Source: Zootoca vivipara (Eukaryota). Taken from it: a DNA stretch of 64,000 bases. The notes beneath the pieces were generated by a model. That model was not told the origin of the DNA. It was given only the letters and a program-made list of their open reading frames with translations, and did not search any database. Of this stretch, positions 37,463 through 49,741 are shown in pieces (positions within the stretch are counted from its first letter, which is position 1; each line of letters starts with the position of its first letter). Location: the NCBI RefSeq assembly GCF_963506605.1, contig NC_083279.1:10168001-10232000 (forward strand). The letters run 5' to 3'. The translations under genes and the position numbers were made by a program.

Positions 37463-40400
37463 GATAGGAGAGAGAAAACAGTGAGCTCAATACTTTATTG
37501 GTTGGATTCAGAAAAGCATGAGAACTCAGCACAGTGCGACTATCTTGACTTCTCCTTGATATACACCAAACTGCTTCTGAGGGTCAACAGATCTTCTAGA
37601 ATGGAATGGAATTGGACAGGGTGGGAGGACGCAGTGCAACTGGGGAATTAGCAGAATTAGGAACAGGAGCAGAAATGACCCTTGGATTCAAGCCTATATG
37701 AGGGTCTCCCTGCTAAAAAGTTGTAGTACTAACTGCCTCCTACAGGAAGGAGATTGCAACTAGGACTACTATGTACATATTCAAAACAACAGTCTATACA
37801 TAACAACACTACCTCAAGAAGACACAGAGAAAAGGCTAATGTCCTGCCTTTTTTCTTTTAACTGACATAACTTTACCAAAACAATTAGTGACTAGATTAA
37901 ACAGAATTGCACTATCTAGTATCAAGGTTCTTAAACCTTGCTCATCTGACAACCTACAACTGGCTAAAATATATACATCAAAAGTATCAATTACAATTTA
38001 AAGAACAGCTTAGAGGCATAATCTGCAAAAGTCATGTTCACCACAGCTATTGCTATAAAGGCAAGACCAATTCCACCGTGATCTAAAGTGAGATCTAGAT
38101 GCTCAGTCCTACTCACTTGTCACTGAGGAACTTGGAGGGAGTTCCTGCCTGGCTTAACATCAGGAAAGGACAGGGGGAAGGGTTGGGAATGCTGCTTAAA
38201 TAATCCTGATTTTATATGGACATGGTGCAATTTCTGTTTCTGTATTAATTTTGAGTGTGCTTTTAGTCTGAAAATCTTCTGTAAGCTACTTTGGGGCACC
38301 CGTGGGGCTATAAAATGGGATATAAATATTATTTAAAAATAAATTAGTAAATAAATGAGCACATATAATGCTTCTCAATTGTACTCCCCCCCAAATAAAA
38401 GCACACTGTGTCCCAAGTATGTAAAGAATGCTATTCTATTTTTGCTTAGATATAAACAAGACACTAAATCATTTTATTCACTGTAAATTAAAATAAATAT
38501 ATTGCATTACTTCCCTTTCCACAAGGAGGCAAATAATCATTTCCACATATTTCCGAATGCTACTGGAGTGATTTCTGAACCACATGTTTATGAATGTTGA
38601 GTAGTGATACCACACATTTATAGTAAGTCATTAAATTATTGCACTTAAGAACAGCAAACCTTTTTCAAGTGAATGAAATGGGGTGCTCAGCAGGAAAACA
38701 TTTACTTATGGATTTCCAACAAATTATGAATAACCTGTCTACAATGGCATGCATACCCACCCTTTAGCTTGTGAGAGAGAGATGAAATAGCAGAAGCAGG
38801 GCCAGCTACATCATTACTTTTGTAAATGCGCTCACGAGAAGCAAGGCAGCAGGATGGAGTTTCTATAGTGGAAAACAGTGGCACAGAAGCAGCATAGATT
38901 CAATGGGGAAATAGCAAAGATAAAACAAGCAAAGCAAGCAATTCTGATGAGACACAACTTTCCTGCAGCATAATCAAATTCATTTTTAGCTTACGCTTAA
39001 GGATTAAAAATAAATAAATGTTCTAGTTGTTACTCTTCTCCAAAATAATAAATTAATGTTATTTTTTCAAGACAACATTAGGGAAAACCTCAGCCCAAAT
39101 TCTCATGGGAAGCAAATGGTTGATTAAATAATAATAATAATAATAATAATGAAACAGCAGCTAATGAATGGCTTTGCTTTGTTCTGCTCATTGATTGATT
39201 TTGCTATTGTTACTGAAGCAGGGGTGCATTGAAACCAAACATGTTGTTTGACAGATCTGAGTATTATTTCATAAGCTTAGATGAACATACTTTTTCATTA
39301 TCTGGCATTGCATTTGCATACAAAATTGAACTTTTTGCACAAAGAAATTACCACCCTGAGAACATGAATTATTTGTTATTCTTGAGTGTGTGTGTCTTTT
39401 TCCAACGTCCTTTTGCTATTTCAGTCATATAGCATAACACTAATTGAACTAAAAGTATTTTGCTGACAATGGCCCAGTTAACATGTCACATTTAAATGTG
39501 ATCTAAAACAAGGTATGGATTAATGTGAACCCTCGGCATCATGCTGCATGTTGTCTGAACTCACTATCATGGTTTGTTTCCCACGAAACAATGAGTGGTA
39601 ATCAAAGAACAAACATTAGTTTACATTCATGGTTTGCTTGAAGAGAAACAAGCCATAAACTCAGGTTTAGATAACATGACAAAAATCAGACTCTGGTTTG
39701 TTTTGTCTGCAGCAGGGGAGGAATGGTGTGAGAACATTTGAAAAGCATGCACTAGTATGCTGGTAATTAACACTGAACCACAGTTTGCTTTAAACTATGG
39801 TTTAATGTGACATACAAACAAGGCCAATAGCTTATGCAATAGGTGAATTTATGCCAATCTATAGTGTTACAGGGGGGAAAATGGTGTTGTTTCTTGCACA
39901 CTTTATACTTGGTCCTCACCTCCTTGCAAAGGGGCAGGGGCACTGTTGCAATAGGAAATAAAGATCTTCCTTTCTTTCACTGAATCCTGCCTCCACCCCA
40001 TTTGACCAATAATAGACTTAGGGGACACTGAATCCCTTAATGGAGTGTTGGGCAGTAAAAGCCAACTCCAAATTTTTCTACAACAATAGCTTGCAGGCTA
40101 ACCAAACACTTGAGTAATAAATGATGAAATATTTTTGTTTTGCCTTATTACAAATCATTTATTTTCAACACACTTACTATTCTCATTCTAGGCTTCTTCA
40201 CTGTATCTGAAGAAGTGTGCATGCACACGAAAGCTCATACCAAAATAAAAACTTAGTTGGTCTTTAAGGTGCTACTGAAGGAATTTTTTTATTTTACTTC
40301 GATCCAGACCAACACGGCTACCTACCTGTAACTAGGCTTATGGGGTTCTACTTTTCTAAAGGAGGCCTGCTTTACCTAGAACCTTCTTTTCTGCTCTAAG

Positions 40401-41202
40401 GCACACTATTCTTGGGGCAAAATGTCTGCTCAGAAGGGGAAATCTTGCATTCAGGAAAAAGAAACTTCTGCTTTACTATAAACAGAAGCAGATCTAAAAA
40501 GTCTGCTATAAGGACCCAAGCCTACGACTGGAACCGAAATAATTCCAGGTGCTAGAAATGTACTGCAGTATAGTTTCAACATGTTTATTCTATTTTTGAT
40601 ACTTGTTGGAACTTTGGGTATTTCATAAATAATGTTCCTGCCCAGCCTCAAGTTGTTGGCTTTTGCTAATATAATGTTATTCTTGGGGTGACCTCTGCTC
40701 AAAAAAGAAGTGTACGGTTATATTTTGCATCCTACGAACCAGGCTTTTTTCACTGGCATGAAAGTCTATTTCTGGGGGTTGTTTCTTTTTTAGGACCTAT
40801 TTTTAATTTGGTTACCGTAATTAATTTTTAGGACCTATTTTTAATTTGTTTAATGACAACATACATCTCATTACACTTTAATTTCCGTGGCACATTTTAC
40901 AAAAAGGAAGCATTATTCTTATATGAGGTCCAGCGCTGAGGGCCTTCTGGCAGTTCCCTCGCTGAGAGAAGTGAGGTTACAGGGAACCAGGCCTTCTCGG
41001 TCATGGCACCCACCCTGTGGAACATCCTCCCAGCAGATGTCAAGGCAATAAGCAATTTTTTTTACTTTTAAAAGACAACTGAAGGCAGCCTTGTTTAGGG
41101 AAGTTTTTAATGTTTGATGCTATATTGTTTTTAATAGTCAGTTGGAAGCCGCCCAGAGTGGCTGGGGAAACCCAGCCAGATGGGTGTGGTATAAATAAAT
41201 AA

Positions 41203-41256
<54 letters not shown>

Positions 41257-41370
41257 ATATGAGCTTATAAGAGCATATAGCATTTTCTTACATTTTGCAT
41301 TTTTATCCTTTATTCTATTCATGTAATTACACTGTGCTTGAGGAAGAAAATTTCCAAATTCATTACTACG

Positions 41371-41406
<36 letters not shown>

Positions 41407-44400
41407 TATTAAAACCCCGCCCATCTGGGCGGCTTCCAACCGAATATTAAAAACAGTACAGCATCAAACATCAAAAACTTCCCTAAACAGGGTCGCCTTC
41501 AGTTGTCTTCTAAAAATAAAATAGTTGCTTCTAAAAGTAAAATAGATTAAGTACATTTCTAACACCTGTCCCCCCCCCCTCGCCCCATTTTTTGTCTGTT
41601 GATGGTGCTATCCTAGTTTTATGGTTGTTATCCCCATATCAAACACTGTTTCAAAACCAGTTTGCCATGCTGCATAGGGGATTCCTGTGAACAAGTTTAA
41701 GGCCTCCTTGGAGTTGGCTGCTGGCTCACGTGTGCGTGCGATAAAGCTCTCTGGATCAGAGTCATGATAAAATTGTTTGGCTGCTGGCTCACGTGTGCAT
41801 GCGATAAAGCTCTCTGGATCAGAGTCATGATAAAATTGTTTAAAATCAGTTGTAAATCTGTTAAGATTTCTCATATAACACACATTTGCAGGGGTTAACA
41901 GTACACATGTTGTGGGGAATAAATAAGACTAAAATAGGAGCAGAGAGTAAGCCTGGGTGAGCACAGTGTTATTTTACTTACCAGTAAACATGCAAAGGGC
42001 TGCACTTTAATTTGGCCCAAAAACATTAATGTCACAAAATGTAAAAAAGCAGGTTGTTTTATTGAATGCTCTACCCTCATCAACTGAGGGCCAAACTTAG
42101 CTTAACATGCGATGTTAAATCTGCCTTTGTTTCTCAGGTGCTGATCAAATTACATCTGCTGAGTGGGGTGATAATGAAGAGGATCAAAGCAAGCATGGGA
42201 GGGAGACTTACTTTCCTCCACTACTGCAGTCCTGAGGAATATTCTTCTTCTGAAGTTGTTACTTACTTTGAAGGGGGAGGGGGAAACCCTTACTTGGGAA
42301 TTGGCATTTCCTCCCAACACAAATACAGGTTTCAGAGGAAGGAATTTATTCAGGACCACAACAAGGAGAACTAAAGGAAAGATCCTACATTAGATATGTG
42401 CTGGTAATAGGTTCTCATTTTTGGAAGCTCATGCACAAGGTGTCCCAAAGTGTCCCAGGAACTTTCACTTTTTGCCAGAACTGAACTCAAATGAGTCCCT
42501 TTAGTTTGACGTGACTGAGATACTTTGGAAAGCTATTAGACAAGTCACCACTATTCATAGCTGCCAAGTTATCCCTTTTTTTAAGGGATTTTCCCTTATG
42601 CTGAATAGGCTTCCTCGCGAGAAAAGGGAAAACTTGGCAGCTATGCCACTATTACAGTAGACATTTTTATGAAGACTTTAAGGGAGTGTCTTGTTTCACA
42701 CACAAAAATACAATCCTCAAGTCAAAAAGCCAAAGATCTAGCAGAAGATGAACTATTTTTCCAATTACAAAATACCATTTACATTTTCTTCAGGTTTCTA
42801 AATAAGACAGAAATCTGGGGATCAACAAGATAAAAGTATCCGAGGCATTATCTGCTTAAGTGAGGTTGAAGTGGGAGGCACTGGACATTTTCTTCTGAAA
42901 ATGGTCCATCCAGTTCAGCATCCTGCTCTCACAGCGCCCAGCCATATGTTTTTGGGAAGCTAGAAAGCTGGACCTAAGCACAACAGCACTCTCCCCACTT
43001 GTGATTCCTAGCAAATTACATTCAGAAGCTCACAGTCTCCAACAGTGGAGGCAGAACATAGGCATAGTGGCTTGCAGCTTTATCTTCCAGGAATTTGTCT
43101 GATCTTCTTTTGAAGCTGTCCATATTCTACAAACTTTTTAAGTTCATCCTCATTCTCAAAAAGAGCCATAGAACTCTGCCATGTGAGAAAGATGAGATGA
43201 AAGCAACTAGGTAAAGAATGGGAGTGACAAGACAACAGTAATATTCAAGACCACCAGAACCTTGGTAGAGGGTCTTAGCGCCATGAATAAATCCCAATGG
43301 CAAATGTAATACTGATAGATAAACTGCAGGATCTTGGTATGCCAATGTGATAGAGACGCACGTATTTATGAGGGGAAATTGCCTCACTTGGGTGACTGCC
43401 ACAATGGATGCTAGAATCTCCCGTCTGAAAACAGTGGTGTGGAATGAAGCAAATGAGGTGCTTGTGATAAAGTAGCTCCCTTGCTTTGCTACTCATCTCA
43501 CCTTCAAATGTAACTACCAAGCATAGGTGTTGGTAGTCATAAGATTGGATGTCCTGGACTCCAGAAGGTGCTAGCCATTTTCTCTACATCATATGAAGTA
43601 ATTCCTCCTAGTTGAGGCTTCCTTCCCCTTCCACAGAAAAATCAGAAGAACCTGAGCAGCAGCACCACTACCTCATGCATTTGGATTAAGTCAAGGAGGA
43701 ATCAACACTCTTTGTGGCTTCTCCCTCTCATTGTCACTTTCTGAAAATGATTCCGAGTCCTGAAGTTCTTCTCCATGCTGTTGTGCTGGATGAGCTCTCC
43801 AAGGTTCTTAAATAGTGAATGAATGAATGAATGAATGAATGAATGAATGAATGAATGAATGAATGAATACAGGGCCATTCTGAAAAGGGTCTAGGCCCAC
43901 AGCTGCCTGTGTGTTGATACATTTAAGGGTCTTGATAACCAGAGAACAATGGAAAAGGAGGCTGCTTCTGGATTACTCTCCCAAAGCAGATAATCCAATG
44001 GCAACAATTTCTACAGATTCTCGGCCTCTGTAAGCTTGGCATCTATGATATCTCCAGATATCTCAAGATCAACTATAGACGCAGGTGCATGAAGAGAGGA
44101 AGAATGCTCACAAATCTATGTTGGCATTTTAAAAGTAATCTTCTAATTCCCAAAGTCTAGATCAAAGGGCAAACTGAGGAGAGGCCTTCGGTTCCGCAGT
44201 GTTTCTTACTCTGATCCATAAGTCAGTTTCTTCTGGTGCTCCCAATTGATGGGAAGAAGGTATCAACTGGCACAACTACTTCTCAAGAGTAAACAAATAA
44301 TTCTTTGAAAACAAGCATAAACTAAAGCCTAAACTAAAGCAGCAGATTATTGTTATTCTCTAGCTGCAAAGAAAAATAAACTGGAAACAGCAGCTGGGAC

Positions 44401-47400
44401 ATTATATGAACCCACAAGATTTTATTCGAACCCATGGCTTCGCGCTACAAGCTAAAGGTAAAGGGACCCCTGACCATAAGGTCCAGTCGTGACCGACTCT
44501 GGGGTTGCGGCACTCATCTCGCATTATTGGCCGAGGGAGCCGGCGTACAGCTTCCAGGTCATGTGGCCAGCATGACAAAGCCGCTTCTGGCAAACCAGAG
44601 CAACGCACTGAAACGGCGTTTACCTTCCCGCAAGTATTTATCTACTTGCACTTTGACGTGCTTTCAAACTGCTAGGTTGGCAGGAGCTGGGACCGAGCAA
44701 TGGGAGCTCACCCCGTCACGGGGATTCGAACCACTGGACCTTCTGATCGGCAAGCCCTAGGCTCTGTAGTTTAACACACAGCGCCACCCGCATTACAAGA
44801 GATCCCAACTAAACATCAGGAAGAACTTTTTGACAATAAGATCTGTTCGGCAGAAGAACAGTCTCAGGAGGTTGTGGACTCTCCTTCCTTGGAGGTTTTT
44901 AAGCAGAAGTTGGATGGCCATCTGTCATGGATGCTTTAGCTGAAATTTCTACATTGCAGGGGGCTGGACTAGATGACCCTAGGGGTCCCTTCCAACTCTA
45001 AGATTCTATGATTCTAAGATATGTCTACTGAAACAACCTGATGTTAGCTAAATGAGCTGTGACACTAGAACTATATTACTACTACTATGTGATACTACAA
45101 CCATCTTCAACTTAATGGAAAAAATAACGGTCTTATCTTCCAGAATTGTTAGTGGTGAAGCTTCTCAGTACGTCATTTATGAAGGGTGGGATCATCATCA
45201 GCTTTATTAATACTAAATACTAAATTAATACTAAATAGAAATGAATGGATATAGAAATGAATGGATTTAACTGCATAAGGCTTGTGTGCTCAAGGAGTAC
45301 CAAGAGATATTTTAAAGTGTTACTGCAAGAGTATTTGAAACCCTGTAATTTAATTAAAATCCCAAAGGATTTGGTTAAAAAAATGTATAAATATATTTTT
45401 CAACACTACAGAAAAAATGCAAAAGGTCAATGCAGTAGTCTCTAATTACTATGGGAAGACTGATATTTGCTTCAAAGTCATGGAAAGCCAAAATAAAACA
45501 GGGGTCGGGAGAATCAGAAGGTGCATTGATGGATGATCAATAGCTAGAAAGCAACTAAGATTGTTACCGGTATGCAAGCAATGGTAAAGCTTCAGAAATG
45601 GGCTGATGAGGCAGGAAAGGCTGACAGACTTACTCTGAAGCTGTGGCTGAGGTTGCTGGAAGGAAAGGGATTGTCCAAACACAAATGGGCTGTGGACTAG
45701 GGAAGAGGGAGGTTTTGCAGCTTGATCAAAGATGGAAGGAGCTGGGAGACTAGGCCGTGACTGAATGGGATTCAGTATGGCACTCAGTTGGTCACCTGTA
45801 GTAGGCAAAACAGTCAAAACTACAACCTGTTATATTCCAAAAAGTGCTGAAAGAAGTCTCTTTGAAAGTTCAGTACTGATAAAGCCTGCACTTGTCTGTG
45901 ATCTTGTAGCTAGGTATTACTCTGGAACAAGACACAGACATTACCAAGCAATGTGTGGTAGGACCATGGAAAGTTCAACCCAATATCTTTGCAAGGGGTA
46001 TGAATAGTTGCGCAAGTGATTCAGAAAACATTTTCCTCCAGTGTTCTGATCGGCTTGTTTTGAAAATTAAAGCAAAATTAACGATGACATGAACTCCCAT
46101 ATGGTTGGACTGGGAACAAGAGAGTTTATAATTGGAAATAAGGTAACAGCAAAAAATTTGCTGTAACTCTTGACTCACAGGCAGCCTCCCTTCAAGGAAA
46201 CAAGCTTTAAGGGCAAGGTCTGCATGTGATCATTATGTATATTTCATAATAAAGCACCACAGCTAGACAAGTAAGGTCAACTAGGATTTTTTAAAGCAGT
46301 ATTAGTTTTCAAATGATGTTCATGCCTTATTTCTCATAAAATTGTACTGAAACATGCTATTTGTTATTACATGCACCAATATTTTAGTGCACAGCACCGT
46401 GAAAGTAAATTGCAGTGTCTTTACAATACATAATATATTGGTCCTTAACTAAATGGGATTATTAAAAAAAACTGCTTTGCTTTACTAATGTCAACAAAAA
46501 CTAAAAATTTTGTAGAAAGATCTAGGCATAATCATTGAGTCTGAATACATTGGTACCTCTGGTTACGAACTTAATTCGTTCCGGAGATCGTTCTTAACCT
46601 GAGGTACCACTTTAGCTAATGGGGTCTCCCGCTGCCGCCGCTGTGCGGTTTCTGTTCTCATCCTGGGGCAAAGTTCTTAACCCGAGGTACTACTCCGGGT
46701 TAGCAGAGTCTGTAACCCGAAGTGTTTGTAACCCAAGGTGTTTGTAACCCAAGATACCACTGTATTTGAAAAAGACTTTTTAAATTTACTATTCATTTCA
46801 GTTCTTGGAAGTAGCCATAGGGCAGTCTTTGCTTTCCCAGAAGTGAATCTCATTAAACGTTCTTGTTTGGGAGGGGCTTGGGAATATAAATGGTTCTACT
46901 ACTCCTGTGTTTATTTTTGATTTGCACTTAATTGTTTACATGCTGGGCAATATTTAACTGTTTTAATGACCACCTGTCTTTTTTATTTTGTGTTTTTAGT
47001 AATTTTATGATTAACCTATTGTTAATTGCTGGGTCACACTGCTTTTTTTTTCAAAAAGGAGAGGCGAGACACAAATGCTGTAAATAAATAAATAACATCC
47101 CTCTTGACAGAAGACAGAGTCAGTTCTGACTTCAGCTGAGCTTGGCAAAAACAGCACCCCTTGGTCCTTAGTACAATACAACAAAGTGGGTAACCACAGC
47201 AACCTGGAAGAACAATAGAATAACAGTGGAGTAGAATGGAACTTTGGGCACTTATTGTAAATGGCCTTTCCTGGCAGCAAAGTGAGCCAGCCACTAGCAG
47301 AATAAAACATGCCCTATTTTCCCAAGGCAGGAAACTCATGTCTTTGATTCACATAGGCTTCCTCCTTCCCCTTTAGTTTTCATTCATTGATAAGCTCTTT

Positions 47401-49688
47401 TAGACTTATTTTCCAGGAATCCGAGACATATCTCTCCAACTGCCTTCCTACAGTAGAAGAGGGAAACTTTTAGAGGATAATGGAGAAGTTGGTTGTGAAA
47501 ATGTGATTCAGATGACTAGCAAAGCTTCTGGTGAGTGGATTGCCTAAGGGGTGTGGTTGTAACATGCTTGCTCGGCTGCTAAACAAAGCCCACTTGCAGT
47601 GAGTGCCCAATGGTTCATTCTCAAGCATAGCATGATCCAGTCACTTACAGGACACATCAGAGCTGTATCTGCCTAGAGTAGCGGCCATTCATGTTGGTGG
47701 TAACACATTTTGTAACTCGCCTGCCAAAAGCTGCCTCTGCCGAGGCATGGAAGTCCAGCTTGCAATATCTAATAAATAAACTTAGTGCTCTGCAAATGGC
47801 TCTCTGTGCAAATTTCTGTGATGCTTTTGTTGGAAGAGAGCTAGGCGAACATAGCCATGGCTCTTATGGAGTGTGTGTTGCGGTGAACATAAGCGCTGTG
47901 ACTCGTAGGTCAACATACTACATGCTTTGATCCAACACGCTACTGTGCGAGCCCCAGCCTTTTTCCTCATGGAGGTGGGATAAATGAAGCAAATGGGCTG
48001 TGTGTTTAATACAATAGTTCTGAGAGAATGATTCTGCTTTCTTCTTTAAGATTTTGCTAAATATTATGCCTGCCGTCCCCACGCCCCCCATTGGAATGCT
48101 AAGCTCGTTTCTTCCTTATGGTCTAAATCCTCTAGCCAGCTAAGACTGGGAGTTGTGGGGCAAGATTGAATGGCCTCTGGGGTGGCAGGCTGTATCACAG
48201 GATTCACATGCTTCACAGAGGAAGCTTTCTGAGTGATGTAGGAAACGCCTGACTTACATTTCCCTTTGTACCCATTTTGCAGATTTGTGGTGCTCTGGTT
48301 GACAGAGTTGGTTGGTTGCCTTCATTCCTGTCTGTCAGGGCCATTGCAACAGCAAGGAGAATAGGCAAGGTAAGGACATGGGGAATAAACAATGGAAATA
48401 TTTGCCTTTTCTTTAACTGGGAGGAAAACAGATGGGTGAAAGGAAACAATAAATACTAAAAGAAGGCAGGTAGGCAGAAAACCTAAGCACTTTGCAGAAT
48501 GTGGCAGGTTAGGAGAACATCTCTGCAAAGGGCGAAGGCAGGAAGTAAAAGTGAAGAGGAAGACAGAAAGAGGAAGCCTAGGAAAATTAAAATCACAACT
48601 TTCCCATTCATGCCTTGGGCAGTGAGCTCTAAGTCACCCTCATCTATCCGCTTTTCCCTACCATATGCATTACTACTCCTGTCCAATAGGGAGGATGGGA
48701 AGCAGAGCAGTTTTCTGGCATAAAGCACCTCAAGGCTGCTGACTTTTTCCCTGCCTGTGGAAGAACAACTTACTACTTCTTGCCTTCTTTTCCTTCCAAT
48801 AATAATGTACCACATTTCCCAGGTGCTTGATCAAGATTAAGGGGAGAGGGGAGAGGAGAATGAAGGCAAAGGAAGCAGACTGGAGCTTTGACCAGAAAGC
48901 AGAGGACAGGACACACCATAGACGTTTAGCCAATCTTGTGCTGCTATCTGGAAGTGAAAAAATGTCCTTTAGCCACCTATAGAAGAATGCCTCTTTTCAT
49001 CTCTTCAGCTTCAGTGAGGATTTTAGCTTATTGAAACTTACAATCTTTAACAAAGTGTCTGAATAATGCTATAAAGACGACTTTTCCAATGTGGTGCCCT
49101 TCAAATGTTTTGGAGTACAATTCCCATTAGCCCTAGCCAACATGGTAAACCAGTGGTTCCCAATTAACTAATTATTGCGGACCACCACCCCTTACTTTTC
49201 AAAAGCCAAACCATGGACCCCGCTACTTTTGAAAATTTTGATTACTCTATGGTAGTTACCTGTTGTCACAGGGGCCGGAGTGTGCACACCTGTGCAAAGC
49301 AATTTTTTGATAAAATGTGGGGTGGCCCCTAATAAGCAAAGGGTTTTAGGTATCCTTTAAAAAAAGACCATAAAATCTGTGAAATAACCACAAATTGCCT
49401 ATCCCCAGACAGTAGGAAAAACTTGTCTCCATTGCTCCACTACAACACAATTTTAAAAAAGCAACTGTGTTCCTAACTTGCAAGTGTTCTATATGCAGAC
49501 TGCTTTTTATATTCAAACATGCTATTCCTTACTTGTAGTCTGATATGGTACATCTTAGCAAAACTTTGCAGCATATGGTTCTGCTAACTGAGGGATCTTG
49601 CACCTTAAAGACATAGGTGATGGCTTGGTCAGGGCTTGATAAAGTATTGGTGAAGACTGAGTAGAAAACAGCTGGAATTTTGTAATGT

Positions 49689-49741
<53 letters not shown>

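Noticed and set aside
40451-40702. 83-aa minus-strand ORF as a further cassette exon
   Set aside because: Ends in a stop, has no convincing splice-site pair and shows no similarity I recognise.
41608-41883. ORF with a repeated 21-aa unit
   Set aside because: Explained by the 63-bp duplication; no splice sites support it as an exon.
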